Positions 35,191 to 50,307 are shown, counted from the first letter of the stretch. The stretch: 64,000 bases of DNA from Eledone cirrhosa (GCA_964016885.1 OZ024741.1:17670001-17734000), one strand, 5' to 3'. Notes: generated from the letters alone by a model not told the origin. Numbers and translations: made by a program.

Positions 35191-37943
35191 TACCAGTACT
35201 TTGAAGTGTTCTATTGATAGTGCTTAGATTAATGTTATTGTTATACCTAGTATTAATATTGCTAGTGTTATTATATTCATTATACCTAATTGTTTGTTGG
35301 TTATGATTTAGAATTCTACTATATATTTTTGCAATTCATATATTTTTCCATATTCATAGTTGTAGAATAAGAAAGCTTAATTGCGTGTCTGTTAAATATG
35401 GAACGGTATTTATGTTGTATTGGGAAGCATTTATATAAAGCTTTAAAGAATAGATTTGCGAGTGGTGTGTTTATTGCTACAGATGCGGGAGGAGCAAACC
35501 ATATAATTGATTTAGTTCTGATTTTTTTCTAAGATTTATTCACGGTATTGATGTTTGTATTATCATTTTTAGAATCTCGTTTATATATGTTAGTCTTATT
35601 TTTACCAGGATTATAATTCAAATTATTATTGTCTATATATTCAGTATTATTTTTATAACCTGCCTTACGTAGCGCGTCATTATAATATCATGCTTTTTCA
35701 TCAAATATGGATTTATTAGCGGATATTCTAGTTATGCGTTTCTGTACACTATTGACTATTGCATTTTTCACGGATTTAGGGTGATTAGAGTAATAGCTAA
35801 CGTAATTTAAGTTTTCATTGGGCTTATGGAAAGGCTAATAAAATCCCGAGTTTAAGTTAAGGGTAACGTCAAGGAAATTAACTATTTTGGTACTACTTTC
35901 AACTTCTAATTTAAGGTCGTAATTTTTAAAGAATTCAATTATAGTTTTCTTAACCCTATTTAGTTCTGTATTGCTATGCTTGACAACCGTAAATAAAATA
36001 TCGCCCTATATAAACCACCGGTAATCTCCGGCAGTTTTCTATTTACCATATTTAAGATATAAATCCCCAGAAGATCGGTGAATATGCGCAGAGTCCGATG
36101 ATCCTATGGTAATGTCAAAGTTTCTATTCCTATCTGAACGGGTCCAATACTCATTGTTGAAATTAATTAGAGTTCTTCTAGCCGTTAATATGATATTGAT
36201 TTCATCTGCAGTTAGATCTGTATGTTTGTAAGCATAAGACAAAACATTATTTAATAGGTTAGGTGTAATAGAAGAATAATAACTGGCTATGTCCATTTGG
36301 ATGAATTTGTGATTTTTCTCATTTTCTATATTTTTAAACCAGTCAATTACTTCATTAGTGTCCTTCCATAAGCTCAATTTTGACCTCAGAGTTGGTAAAA
36401 TTCTATCAATAATATTCTTACTGATTACTCCAATATCCGATTTAGATGGAGCTATCAGTCTAACTGGCAGGTCTTCCTCAAAGTTTCTCTTGTGATCCAT
36501 AAAATATATCCTCGGCTGTCTAGGTATAAAAGGCTCGGTTCTTCCTTCAATTCCAAGTTTGGCTATTAATTTAAACGCGCCATTATTGATGTCTATAAGA
36601 TCTTCGGCCGGGGCTTTTCTATAATTTTTCCGCAGTTCTTTTAAAATTAAATCATTATATTCAGCTTTGTCTATCCCATATAAGTTGTTGGTTTTGTCAG
36701 ACTTCACCAATATTTTATTAACTTTTTTTATATCAAAGATTTTTTCTTTAAGAGTTCTAAGGTATTGATGACCTTTATATGGAGTTTTCTTGAATTTAAT
36801 CTTCTTTAGTATATTAAGCATTTCTGTTTCAAAATCCTCCAGGAGTTTGTTGTATGGAGGATTTTTTCTTGATTTAAAGATGGTTTCGAAATAATTGTTG
36901 TTGCTTTTCCTTTTAGCTTCTTTGTTTTCTAAATGAAATGCACGCCATCTCACTCTTCTTATAAACGAGTTTGTTTGCTCAATGAGCTTCCTCATGTATT
37001 CCTCCTATGTATTACATGATTCTAATATAATAATTGACGTGAAACCTTACTTTTAACAATATTAACAGTAACTTATTTATTATATTATATTATATTATAT
37101 TATATTATATTATATATAACTGACTAATATCGTCTTAAACTTTAAACAATATACTCTTTGTATAAATTTAGACAAATGCGTATATCTGGTTTAATAATAT
37201 CCTTTTTAAGGGTGTAGTTATATGAGGGTTTAATTTCGAGTCCTTAAGTTAATTAGAAATAGACTATTAATCAATTATAAGGCCTTTAAAAAAGCTATGC
37301 CCAAATGTATATTTATTTATTTATTTATATATATATTTTTGCATCATCTAATTATACGCTATTTATCCACGACAATACAAATCTCCCTCCCTATGCTTTA
37401 TACTATAAAAAATATTCTTCCTTGTCTCTCTATCCTTAATCAATTCTCTTTTGCTTTCGTGCATAAGATATTTCTATACTTCTAGAAACTATCTTTTTCC
37501 TCATCTGTTTCTCTCTCTGTCTTTCTTCTTTCTTCAATAATTAAAATTATTTGAATCTCTATTATATTAGTAGTTGGTTATTATTATGTATAAGCTTTCT
37601 CACACGCACCCTCTGTATTATATGTAATTTTTTCATCTCAATATTAAGGTATATAAATATTGAGTTTTGTCATATCTTATTCACTGCCATGACTGAATTA
37701 ACCATCTACTTAGTCAGGGTGTGTCATGCATCATCTTATTTTATCTGATGAGGACGTACTGTTCAAGATAGCCCAGTACCTCTGAAATATGTATAATAAA
37801 ATATACTTGGTCACACGAATGTTTATTTTTGTTAATATTGTGAATTAATATTAATAACTCCGGAAAACCATTCTGTGGAGTGCTTCCAATCTATTGTAAA
37901 ACATTATTCTTTGATTTATTCATTGAACTTTGTTTAACCTTTA
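35190..37943 (-). mobile_element. Penelope-like element family C (AT-rich, frameshifted, endonuclease end lost) with inverted terminal repeat
   Basis: 36995-36039 encodes FIRRVRWRA, KSDKT, DIASYYSSI, GSSDSA. It continues frameshifted through FLDVTL, SNHP and KLSYSTT to ~35190. 37020-37943 carries a plus-strand hammerhead. Confidence 0.85.
37737..37803 (+). ncRNA. Type I hammerhead family C
   Basis: tattttat-CTGATGA-ggacgtactg ttcaagatagcc cagtacctct-GAAA-tatgta-TA-ataaaata. Confidence 0.82.
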
Positions 37944-37944
37944 A

Positions 37945-38005
<61 letters not shown>

Positions 38006-38211
38006 CGAAGGAAGTGTGGCAAGGAACCAGGTGGGCCATAACGCACCAGAGTACTCGATACTATGAGTAGTAGAGTGGGTAATAGGTATAGAGTCAGGAC
38101 CCCGACGGCTGAGCTCCAGTCGTTTCGACAGCTATTTATATATATGTTTATATATAAATATATATATATAATGTTTATATATAAATATATATATATAATG
38201 TTTATATATAA

Positions 38212-38289
<78 letters not shown>

Positions 38290-38293
<4 letters not shown>

Positions 38294-39441
38294 AATTACG
38301 TTTATTATAAAAATATATCTAATCAAATTACGTTTATTAAAAAAGCCTTCGTGAGCCCCCTTTTCTAAGTAAAAAGAAATTCAAACACACACACACAACA
38401 CACACACACACACACAAGCACACAAATAAACATACATATCTTTACTTTCTTTATTTCAATAGAAAATCTGAATTCTGACACCCCAGCGAACTAACCATAT
38501 TCACTGAACCAGAACAATTCTCCCATCCCATTTCTCTTGACCATTATCTTTTGCTAGTCATAAAATTTTCTAAAAAGGCTACAGAATAAATTTCCAAATA
38601 CGGGCGCGAAATTTAATGAAAACTTGCTCACGTGAAAGCCATAATTTCATTTATAACCAATCAAATTACGTTTATTAAAAAAAAGCCTTTGTGAGCCCCC
38701 CTTTTTTTAAGTAAAAAGAAATTCAAACACACACACACAAGCACACAAATAAACATACATATCTTTACTTTCTTTATTTCAATAGAAAATCTGAATTCTG
38801 ACACCCCAGCGAACTAACGATATTCACTGAACCAGAACAATTCTCCCATCCCATTTCTCTTGACCATTATCTTTTGCTTGTCATAAAATTCTCTAAAAAG
38901 GCTACAGAATAAATTTCCAAATACGGGCGCGAAATTTAATGAAAACTTGTGCACATCACAACCATAATTTCATTTATAACCAATCAAATTACGTTTATTA
39001 AAAAAAAAAAAAAGCCTTTGTGAGCCCCCTTTTTTAAGTAAAAAGAAATTCAAACACTCATATATGAAAAAACAATCTGAGCCCCCCCCCACACACTTTA
39101 TTTGAAGAACTTTGTAACGCGAATTGGCGCGAAATTTATTATAATTATTGACCAACCAATCAAATCACTTCTCTAAAAACCTGGCGTTTCGAGCCACTTT
39201 TTTGCATATAAAACAAGTAACATTCAAAGACCAACCAGATGTGAGAAAAACCATAGACCTTCCATCTCAACTCTACTTTGAAAAGCAGAACAACTGCGAA
39301 ACCGGTAAAGGAACCAAATAAATATATATATATTTTTTTAAATAAGACTCCAGTTGTATTTTCGATTTCATCCTTTTTTCTTTATACTTTCACTCGTGTA
39401 GGACACCTCGGTTATTTTTCATTTTGTAAAAAAAAAACCTC

Positions 39442-39445
<4 letters not shown>
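38290..39445 (+). mobile_element. Family E terminal repeat with ~330-bp tandem duplication
   Basis: Units start aatcaaattacgtttatt at 38321, 38658 and 38982. Ends in the family E 3' end with a hammerhead at 39276-39311. Confidence 0.75.
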
Positions 39446-39486
<41 letters not shown>

Positions 39487-40287
39487 ACTAGAAATTGATT
39501 GAGCTAGTGAAAATATATGCTATTTTCTAAAATATACAGTGACTGATTGGCTTGATTTGCATATTAGCAGACTGGCTGATCAGTAACTGATCATGAAGGG
39601 TTCATTTTTATTTTTTTTTATTTGAATGTGGCAAAGCCGTCCATTTATCGCTCGTATACAGGAAACTGACTGGCCAGTCTGCTGATATGCAAATCCGGCC
39701 GATCAGTCACTGTATATTTTAGAAAATAGCATATATTTTCACTAGCTCTGACAGTTGGCAGGAGAACAGTGAGCTGTACTGGTGAAGGGTGATACCCAGA
39801 AACATTAGTGTCTGCAGTTTTGTTTACATGCCAATACAAGAACAAGAATGAAGGGTTCATTCTACTGACATGGCTATAAAATTGAGGCTTGTTTGCATAA
39901 TTGCAAACGAATTGAATGTTATTAATATTCGAAAAACTCAGATTACGCATATATATATATAGCAGGTCAGGCACTAAATACCTAATCTTTATCATGCTTG
40001 ATATGGTTCATTTGATCCAAAATGAAATCAAGACCAATCTCTACACACCCTTCGATATTTCCTGGTATTAGTCATATCTGAAAATACCCATATGTGTTTA
40101 GCTCTGGTTATATTGCCGAGAATAAATGGCAACCTGTTTGTCAATATGCATTAGCTGTATGAATTTACGAGTAACAGCGTCGTCAGAAACTGATAGCTCA
40201 GGGTTCAAATGAGCAGGTGGATAAATTTGATTGTTGTCTGTCAGTGGTGTTTATATTGTTTAATATAGCCATTTGTCTATTTTATCA

Positions 40288-40475
40288 ATAATTATTTCTA
40301 CTTTTGGCACAAGGCAAGCAATTATCCCAGTATATTCCTGGTACTTTATTTTATCGACACCGTAAGGATGAAAGGTAAAGTTAACCTCAGCGGGATTTGA
40401 GCTCAGACCATAAAGGGCCGTAACACTTTCCTGCAAAGCATGGCGTCCGACTATCAACCGATACTGTCAATCCAC
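40288..40475 (-). mobile_element. SINE S2
   Basis: Reverse complement of S2. Confidence 0.8.
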
Positions 40476-40515
40476 AATAATTGATGTTTATTATGTCTAT
40501 AAAAACGGGGGGGGG

Positions 40516-40716
40516 GTATCGGTAGAGAGTCGGATGCTATGCTTTGCAGCATAGAGTTACGGCCCTTTATGATCTGAGTTCAAATCTCGCCGAGGTTAAC
40601 TTTGCCTTTCATCCTTACGGAGTCGATAAAACAAAGTACCAGTCACGCACTGGGGTCGATTTAATCAACATTCCCCTCACCCCAAATTGCTGACCCTCTG
40701 TCTAAACTAGAAACTA
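40516..40716 (+). mobile_element. SINE S2 (head-to-head with previous)
   Basis: B box gagttcaaatctc plus central domain. Confidence 0.8.
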
Positions 40717-41082
40717 TATGGTCTATAATAATGCCGACCCTTTATCTAAACTGGAAACTATACTGTCTATGATATGGCTGGAGCTCAACCGTCGGGGTCC
40801 TGACTCTTTTCATATATATATATATATAATGATATTAAATAAATGGAAACTATATTTATAAAACCATATTTATTTTATTATATATATTTCAAGGGTACCA
40901 AAACACATTGGTACGCTTTCCTTAGATAAAATACAAAGTTTGTTTTATAAATAGAGACATACCCATGAAAATTGAGTGCACTAAATCAGTTATTTGTCGG
41001 ACTTCCAACAAATTAAATACCCCTTCTACTTATATATATATATATATATATATAAAAACCACAGACCCTCCACCTCAACTCA

Positions 41083-41120
41083 CCTTTTGAAAAGCAGAAG
41101 AACTGCGAAACCGGTAAAGG
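41083..41120 (+). ncRNA. Minimal type I hammerhead family E (U3-A8 core)
   Basis: cctt-TTGAAAA-gcag aagaa ctgc-GAAA-ccgg-TA-aagg, 38 nt. Confidence 0.8.
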
Positions 41121-41429
41121 AACCAAATAAATATATATATTTAAAAAAAAAATAAGACTCCAGTTGCATTTTCGATTTCATCTCTTTTTCTTTATACTTT
41201 CACTCGTGTAGGACACCTCGGTTATTTTTCATTTTGTAAAAAAAACCTCACTTTCTAATATATATATATCACTCTCTCTCAGTATATATATATATATATA
41301 TAAAGTCGAAACGGCCGGAACTTAGCCGTCGGGGTCCTGACTCTTTTCCTATTACCCACTCTACTACCCTATGTATCGAGTACTCTGGTGCGTTATCGTC
41401 CACCTGGTATCTTACCACACTTTCTTTGT

Positions 41430-41462
<33 letters not shown>

Positions 41463-42534
41463 TAAAATAACAGATTAAAGTTTAAGCAAAGAGTCGCTGC
41501 TTTCACTCTTAACGGGATCTTCTGAAACTAACAAAGTCAATCTGTGAACGCAGAAGTGAATATTTCAAAAAACGTTGCAACCGGTGGAAGACAGGAAGAC
41601 GATACTTTGGTTCGTGGAAACGTTCCCTGGCAAAGTACGGGGAAAAACGAATATAATACGGCATTATTTGGAGCGGTGAAAAACAATTACACGCAAAGAG
41701 AAAACCACGTTTAGGGTATAAAAGAAGTCGTAGACTAATATTCTATTAGGTGGTTCATAGAGACGTTCTCTGGCAATGAACGGAGAAAACGAAGATAATA
41801 CGTCATATGTGGAGCGTTGAGAACAATTGCACGCAAAGACAAAACCACGTAAATGGTATAACTGAAGTCGTAGACTAAAATTCTAACTAGGAAACCGAAT
41901 GATTCTCGCCTTCAGAGTTAAGAATAAAGTAAATAAATACAGAGGTAATTGAAATTAAATAAATACATACACGCATCCATATACGTACATACACAAGCAT
42001 ACGCGAAAAACTCGCCATAGGTATACAAATACACGCACATATAAATATGTGTGAGTGTGTGCGCGTGTATACAAATAATTAAATAAACGTATATAAATAA
42101 ATAAATACGTATATAACAAGCGCACACACATACCTACATGTAAATACACATATATTCGGAGACTACGTCAACCAAAACACGAAGTAGACATATACACACA
42201 CCCTACATACGTACGAACCCACATAATCACGCAGACGCAAAACTCACGTATACACATAACCAAAAGCATATGTACCAGAATATATAAAATATACTCCATA
42301 ACATATACAATCAAATATACGTACGAGAAAGTATACGTACCTTCACAAAACATACAGATAATATATACTTACCTATACACATAAGTAATGGTATAAACAT
42401 AACATATACTTAGCTACTACATCAAGACGTAAAATATCCGCGTATAGATCGTACTATCCGTTAGGGTGTAATGTGGGGCTGTAATACAGGAAAGTTTTGT
42501 GCAATTTATGTTTACAAGCCGAAATTGCCTCAGA

Positions 42535-44374
42535 TTATTTGTTTAAGATGTGGTCTGTGGCGTAAGGTATTTCCAGGGCCTCAGAGGCGCAGAGGTCACA
42601 TGGTCTTTTATTTCCGTTATACGATCTAGCCCTAGCTAGGATCCCCCAATGTAACTTATATTGGGTGTGTTTGTCTTTTAGACTCCAGATATAAGCTGAA
42701 AGTGACGTCATATTCCTTCTTAGAGAGTAACGAAAAGAATGGGTATGCATGTAAAGACGCTGCTTGAATCTATTGACGGTTAACCCTATGTAGGCCCTAC
42801 GGGACGTGGGTGTTTCAACCTTACATTTGTAGACAATGTTACTAGAGAGGCATTTCCCGGATAGGGGGCAGTCAACCCGATTCCTACAATTACAGTTAGT
42901 ACTAACTACAGGGCTGCACGTGTGCCTACGGCTAGGTAGTTTAGCTAAATTTGAAGCTGTGATGTTATGTGTAAGGTTAGGAGTCGTGGAGTAAGAAATT
43001 TTGATAGTATTTCTACTAAAAATGTTACTATATTTATGTGTAGGGGGAAAATGCTTCGTAATAAGGGAGAGAAAGATCTTAGCTAATGGTGTTGCCACCT
43101 CTATATTATATGGTGGGTTATACCATATAATGCGTCGGGATCTATTTCTTCTAGGTCTATTCTCGTACTCTGTATATGCTACCTTATCACAAATCCACTC
43201 CGAGCAAGAGCTTCATTGTAATATGTGGAATGGTCGTTGAAAATAAGCTCGTTAGTAGATAGACGGGAAAGCCTCAACGAAACGTTTCTTACCAGGTTCT
43301 TGGTTATGCTGGCAGGATGGTTAGAATGCTTACTTATGTAATTAAGCGTATCATTCGGCTTTCTATACGGGTAACACAAGCCATTCGATAAATTGAGGGT
43401 AACGTCGAGGTAATTAACGACCGAGAGGTTGGCCTCAACCTGTATAGAGAGGTTGAAGCCTTTAAAGAAGGCTGTGAGTTCTTTTCTGAACCTGTCGCAA
43501 GCACGTGGGCAGCACTTAGTCATGGTCAAAAGACCATCATCACGGTACAAACCACCGCCCACGGTGGGGAATTCGTCCTTGATAGAGAAAAGAAAGAAAA
43601 GGCCGATAAGATCAGTAACCTCCGCAGAATCGCTGGCGCTCATACTCACGTCGAAATAGAGTCGTCGAAATTAATCACCGATTTACGGACATTGAGGATG
43701 ACATCAACCTCGAAATCCTTAACCCCTGTGAGTGTTTTAGCGAAATTGATAGCTCTAAGGAGAAGTGGTAAAGTGATGGAGGAGGAGTAATTATTGATGT
43801 CGAATTGGATAAAACGGCAATGTTCCTTGTTGCATATGCCGTTGAATTGTTCCACAGTGCAAGAGGGGTCAAACTTCTAATTTCAGGTATAATTCTATCA
43901 AGAATCCTTTTACTAAGTCTACCTAAATCGGACTTCGTAGGGTTAATAAGCCGAATAGAGGGGTTGTTCGGAAAATTGGATTTGTGATGTTTCAGGGTAA
44001 AGTGGGGAGAAATAGGGTCCAGAGGTTCGGTCCGGTCCAGGATGTTGAGATCAGATGTGATTTTAAACCCAGCATCGTTGATTTCATTAATGACGCGCCG
44101 ATTAGTTTTACAGTAATCCTTAGTTACAGCATTGTGTAGTAGTTGATGGTAACTACTGCGCTCCACTTGATATAGGTTGCCAGTTTTGTCGGAATGGACA
44201 TGCACGGCATTAGAATCCTTAATAGAACGAATTCTATTCTTCAGGTCCTGCTGGGAGGAATTGCTCCTATTCCGAAATTTGATACTCCGTATGAGTTCCA
44301 AGACATCATTTTCGAAGGGTAGCAATGCTGGGTTACACGGATGATTATTATAGGTTTTAAACCCAAATTTATCC
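42535..44374 (-). pseudogene. PLE RT + GIY-YIG, frameshifted
   Basis: HSDKT, RLINPTKSDLG, QFDI, LYRDDGL, NYLDV, AYIGLT split across several ORFs. Confidence 0.92.
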
Positions 44375-45324
44375 AAGACCATGTGACCTCTGCGCCGCTG
44401 AGGCCCTGGAAATACTCTACGCCACAAACCACATCTTAAACAAAAAATCTGAGGCAATTTTGGCTTGTAAACATAAATTGCACAAAACTTTCCTGTATTA
44501 CAGCCCCACATTATACCCTAACGTAACGGATAGTACGATCTATACGCGGATATTTTACGTCTTGATGTGGTATCTAAGTATATGTTATGTTTATACCATT
44601 ACTTATTTGTATAGGTAAGTATATATTACCTGTATGTTTTGTGAAGGTACGTATACTTTCTCGTACGTATATTTGATTGTATATGTTATGGCGTATATTT
44701 TATATATTCTGGTACATATGCTTTTGGTTATGTGTACACGTGAGTTTTGCGCCTGTGTGATTATGCGGGTTCGTACGTATGTAGGGTGTGTGTATATGTG
44801 TACTTCGTGTTTTGGTTGACGTAGTCTCCGAAATATGTGTATTTACATGTAGGTATGTGTGTGCGCTTGTTATATACGTATTTATTAATTTATATACGTT
44901 TATTTAATCATTTGTATACACGCGCACACACTCACCCATATTTATATGTGCGTGTATTTGTATACCTATGGCGAGTTTTTCGCGTATGCTTGTGTATGTA
45001 CGTATATGGATGCGTGTATGTATTTATTTAATTTCAATTACCTCTGTATTTTATCTACTTTATTCTTAACTCTGAAGCCTAGAATCATTCAGTTTCCTAG
45101 TTAGAATTTTAGTCTACGACTTCAGTTATACCATTTACGTGGTTTTGTCTTTATGTGCAATTGTTCTCCACGTTCAACATATGACGTATTATCTTCGTTT
45201 TCTCCGTTCATTGCCAGAGAACGTCTCTATGAACCACCTAATAGAATATTAGTCTACGACTTCTTTTATACCATAAACGTGGTTTTCTCTTTGCGTGTAA
45301 TTGTTTTTCACCGCTCCAAATAAT

Positions 45325-45430
45325 TTTTTCTACTTTAGGCACAAGGCCAGCAATTACCCAGTGCATTACTGGTACTTTATTTTATCGACCCCATAAGGAT
45401 GAAAGGCAAAGTCAACCTAGGCGGGATTTG
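45325..45430 (-). mobile_element. 5'-truncated SINE S2 inserted in the PLE arm
   Basis: Absent from the other arm. Flanked by the 7-bp duplication aaataat. Confidence 0.85.
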
Positions 45431-45709
45431 AAATAATGACGTATTATATTCGTTTTTCCCCGTTCTTTGCCAGAGAACGTTTCCACGAACCAAAGTATCG
45501 TCTTCCTATCTTCCTCCGGTTGCAACGGTTTTTGAAATATTCACTTCTGCGTTCACAGATTGACTTTGTTAGTTTCAGAAGATCCCGTTAAAGGTGAAAG
45601 CAGCGATTCTTTGCTTAAACTTTAATTTGTTATTTTAATAAATATTTGCTCTACGGTTCTTATATATTTGATATATATTTGGATTTTAGTCTTCAAATTT
45701 ATTATTATT

Positions 45710-45905
<196 letters not shown>

Positions 45906-46059
45906 CGGTATATTGCCAAATATACTATACATACATTCATATATACATCGCTAATTCACGGCACCAATCCTAATACCTAATTTTTGCTGAACCGGCAAGC
46001 GCTCTGTGTAATCAGCTCCTGATTATTACTGGAATTCTATAAGAATCCAGCCTCTATAA

Positions 46060-46150
46060 TTTTCGGCAAAGGCGGGGAGTGCGTTGCTCTGAGGATCACC
46101 ATCAGCGTGAAACAGACTCTGTTAGCTTTTCTCCCTTCTTTTGCCGAAAA
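46060..46150 (+). ncRNA. Type I hammerhead family I (second, diverged copy)
   Basis: ttttcggcaaagg.ggggag..gct-CTGAGGA-tcaccatcagcgt-GAAA-cag act ctg-TT-agc..ctccc.tcttttgccgaaaa. The distal stem I covaries with the 6972 copy. Confidence 0.75.
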
Positions 46151-46242
46151 AAGAAGCAAGTGACATAGTCACTACTCTAAAATTGATAGCGCAAGGTCTT
46201 CAAAATGTTTTTAATTAAACATACGATATATTGCCAAATATA

Positions 46243-46294
<52 letters not shown>

Positions 46295-46712
46295 CACACA
46301 CAAATTAATAAATATATATATATATATACATATATACACACATCCATAAGTATATACATGGTTTTAAGTGAGATAGAGAGGCCGTGCAAGTGAGAGGAGT
46401 GAGATAGGAGAGGCTGTGCGAGTGAGAGGAGTCAATGTCACACAAACACACATAATTCAAAATACATATATGAAAATACATTCCTTTTACTGTCAATCAT
46501 CCGATTATCATTCTTGGGTGACTTTCTTAAAGATGTTGATTGGGCGGTTCCTTTTCTGGTTTACCACATATTTCTGAAGGCGTTAGTTGCTTGTAATTAT
46601 AGCTAAATGCATTCATATATATATATATATGCGCGTGTGTGTGTATATATGTGCGTATATATGGATATATATACACACATATATATATATAAATGTATAT
46701 ATATATATATTT

Positions 46713-46805
<93 letters not shown>

Positions 46806-47149
46806 CATATACATGTAAGTGTATGTTTGTATAGAATATGTTTGATAAACATATATTCAGTAAATTTTGAAAAAAGATCAAACTGGCTGGTTACGTATTC
46901 CATAATAGATTCGTCAGAGATAATGTACTCTGTCTTACAAGATGTACAAAGTAAGCAACGTAAGCTACTTATAGGCAATGTAAAGCAGACGTTTCTTAAT
47001 TGTTTAATCTGAAGAGGGTGTGCAGAACCCTTGATCTCTTATCACTGGCTGCGTGACCGGTTAGATGACAGGAGGACGGAGGATTTAGATGGAATGAATG
47101 CGGAACAGTGATTCCTGCTAAAATAACCCAACGATTGGGAAACGGTCTC

Positions 47150-47358
47150 ATATTAGGCGGGGTCGATTGGCAGTATCGGTAGAGGGTCGGACGCCATGCT
47201 CTGCAGCATAGAGTTACGGCCCTTTATGGTCTGAGTTCAAATCCCGCCGAGGTTGACTTTGCCTTTCATCCTTACGGGGTCGATAAAATAAAGTACCAGT
47301 AATACACTAAGATAATTGCTGGCTTTGTGCCAAAAGGAGAAACAATATTAGGCGGGGT
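47150..47358 (+). mobile_element. SINE S2 with target-site duplication
   Basis: Flanked by atattaggcggggt (14 bp) at 47150 and 47345. Confidence 0.88.
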
Positions 47359-47674
47359 TAAGGTGACCACACAGTATTAGTTCTATTGCCACATTATGGC
47401 AACCATCATAAGGTTACGTAATATTTGAAGGTTGCCGAGTGAGTGCAAAAAAACAACTACAGTCATATTACAATACGGTTATGAGTAAACATGTGTACGG
47501 TATCATATATCAGATGTCTAATGAAAAGGAAGATTTCATAGACAGATATATGTAGGGTGCGGTAATGACATTCATTTTACAATTTATGTTTACATTTATG
47601 AAACAAATAGTTTATTCATATATATATGTATATATATAGTTATAGGAATAATCAAAGAGTGGTTAGAAATAGAT

Positions 47675-47739
47675 TGTTTTATTAGCTAACAGTGTTTCAT
47701 CGATACGCCATGGCAGGAATCATCAGACCCTATAAACAA
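47675..47739 (-). ncRNA. Degenerate hammerhead (family M) inside a fold-back at 47585-47790
   Basis: Minus strand: gggt-CTGATGA-ttcc tgccatggcg tatcgat-GAAA-cactg-TT-agct. Stem I is imperfect. Confidence 0.5.
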
Positions 47740-47997
47740 GAGTATATATAGTTATATGAATAAACTATTTGTTTCATAAATGTAAACATATACTTCCAAA
47801 TTTGGAAGTATATGTTTACTCTGACCAACTCCATCTCACTCAACAAACATTAGGATATACCTAAGTATAATCCCAATTAAGTGCTAACTATATAGTATTC
47901 TGTGGAAAGTTGGTTGTAATTAAATAAATCTCTCTTTCCATCCATACGATCGTTTCGTTATAAAATTTCTACAAGTTGGGATAAATAATGTCCAAGT

Positions 47998-48027
<30 letters not shown>

Positions 48028-48030
<3 letters not shown>

Positions 48031-48434
48031 GTAAAAGGAAAAGAAAATACTGACAAATTGTTCCCAATGAAAAATAGTTTAATTAGGAATAAGTAAAAAT
48101 TAGTAATAAGTATTGGTTAGTATTCAGTTTTGGTTTTAAGTTTTCACCGTTGCGCATTTCTAATGCTTTTCAAAAATAATTTTGAGATAGAGCGCCCGTG
48201 ATGTTTGCTCTAATCTGATTAGTTTTGGGAATTCTACCTGTTTTATGTGAAAAAAGTGGCCCCAGATGTATTAAAATAACTTTCGCGCCAATTCGTGTTG
48301 CAAAAATTCTTGTGGTCAAAACAATTTTGATTCGTCGGTAGAGGTCATGTGAATGTTAAAAATTGATTTTGCGCCAAATCTAGGTTTGCCTCGGCTGATT
48401 GAGAAGTCACTGAAAAATAAGTCTTTTAAGACAA

Positions 48435-48484
<50 letters not shown>

Positions 48485-48580
48485 TAATAAAGAGGTTCAT
48501 TGTTGTGATAATAGTCAGTAGGGATGTGTGTGTGAATTGCAGTCATGTTGACATGTCAACAGTTCAGGTGCCTATTAAGA

Positions 48581-48658
<78 letters not shown>

Positions 48659-49945
48659 TCTTTGTATGTTAGTGTACGCGTGTGTATGTGTGTGTGTATA
48701 TATGTGTGTGTGTGTGTGTATATGTGTATGTGTGTGTGTGGGTGGACCAGTATTTTTGTGATACTGGTAAAAATGGTGTACATTATTCGATATTTTCAGT
48801 AAAATCGATTCTCTCAATAGAACATCAAAAACCTTAATAATAAAAGGTGTGAAATGATATATAGTATTGGCATAATACCAAGGTGTGTGTGAGTGTCCAG
48901 ATTGTACGTACTGCAAGGGGAATCCATTAGGCCCTGCCGTATTAGAATACTAGTGTACAAATATGTATGTGCCTATCAGTGTGCAATGCATGTGTGCGTA
49001 TATGTATGTGTGTGTGTCGGCACGTTTATATCTATAGACATCAAAAGGTATGCAAATTTGTGTATATTTGTGTTGCACCATAGAACATGTGTGTTTACGT
49101 ATGTCATTGTGTCTATATGTGGATAGAGATGTATGTAGGATGTATGCTGATGTAGGTATGTATGTTGACGTGTGTATGTTGTGGGTTCGTCTTAGCGAGA
49201 AGTGTTTAGACGGGGTCCGTATTTGTTAATAAAGTGAGATTCCTTGCTGATGCGCTGGGTGTGGGTGGCATTATCTTTAAATTTGTAGAGGGGAAAGATT
49301 CTGAAGTTGGAATGATTTTGGGCGGCACAGGTATCAATGTGTTCACTCAGTGGTATTTTCCTATATTCCCATATTTTAATTTGGGATCTATGGACAGTCA
49401 TGCGTTGGCGGAGGCTGGTTTTGGTCTGGCCTATGTATTGTTCTCGACAACCTGAGCAAGTTAATACATATATTAGATTTTCTGATGCGCATGTGAAATT
49501 GTGTTTTACTATAAAACGTTGTCCTTTTTTGAAATAGAATTCCGAACGCTCTATTAGGTTGATGCATATGCCACAGTTGGGTCTATCGCATTTTTTTATT
49601 GTGGGTTTCGTTGTTGTGGTTGGCAGTACTTTGGCATGTGTTAGGATGTTTTTCATTAACTTAGATTGTCTTTTGCTCTTTATGATATCGTGTGTTCATT
49701 CTATGGTCATTCTATGGTCCTTTTTTAACACAGGGATGTTCTGGAGGATAGTGTCAAAGGCCTCATTGTTGAGGGGGTTGTGTGTGGAGATGGATGGAAG
49801 AGCTTTTAGTTTAGGTTGATTTACTTTAGGGTGTCTAAGGTCCTGGGTACTGAGTTTTAGGGCACGTTGGATTCCATTGTCAATTAGTGATGCAGGGTAG
49901 TCCCTGCCTATGAGTGTGTCCTTTAGTTCTTGTAGCCGTAAGTAA
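48028..49945 (-). mobile_element. PLE 3' fragment (Neptune/Nematis-like GIY-YIG with zinc finger) and family E' terminal repeat
   Basis: RDYP..LI, KRQSK.MKNIL, CDRPNCGIC, NLIYVLTCSGCREQYIGQT..LRQRMTVH, E..FI...P.LN (49945-49192). Confidence 0.85.
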
Positions 49946-49993
49946 CAGGTATATATATATATAGGTATTAAGGAATGAAATATACACACATAC

Positions 49994-50183
<190 letters not shown>

Positions 50184-50217
50184 AATATATGTATATATAT
50201 CTATATCTATCTATCTA

Positions 50218-50281
<64 letters not shown>

Positions 50282-50307
50282 GTATAATAAACAATACAAT
50301 ATAATTA

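Noticed and set aside
44375-44511. N-terminus of the 278-aa ORF 43675-44511
   Set aside because: Chimeric read-through from the inverted arm, not a real start.
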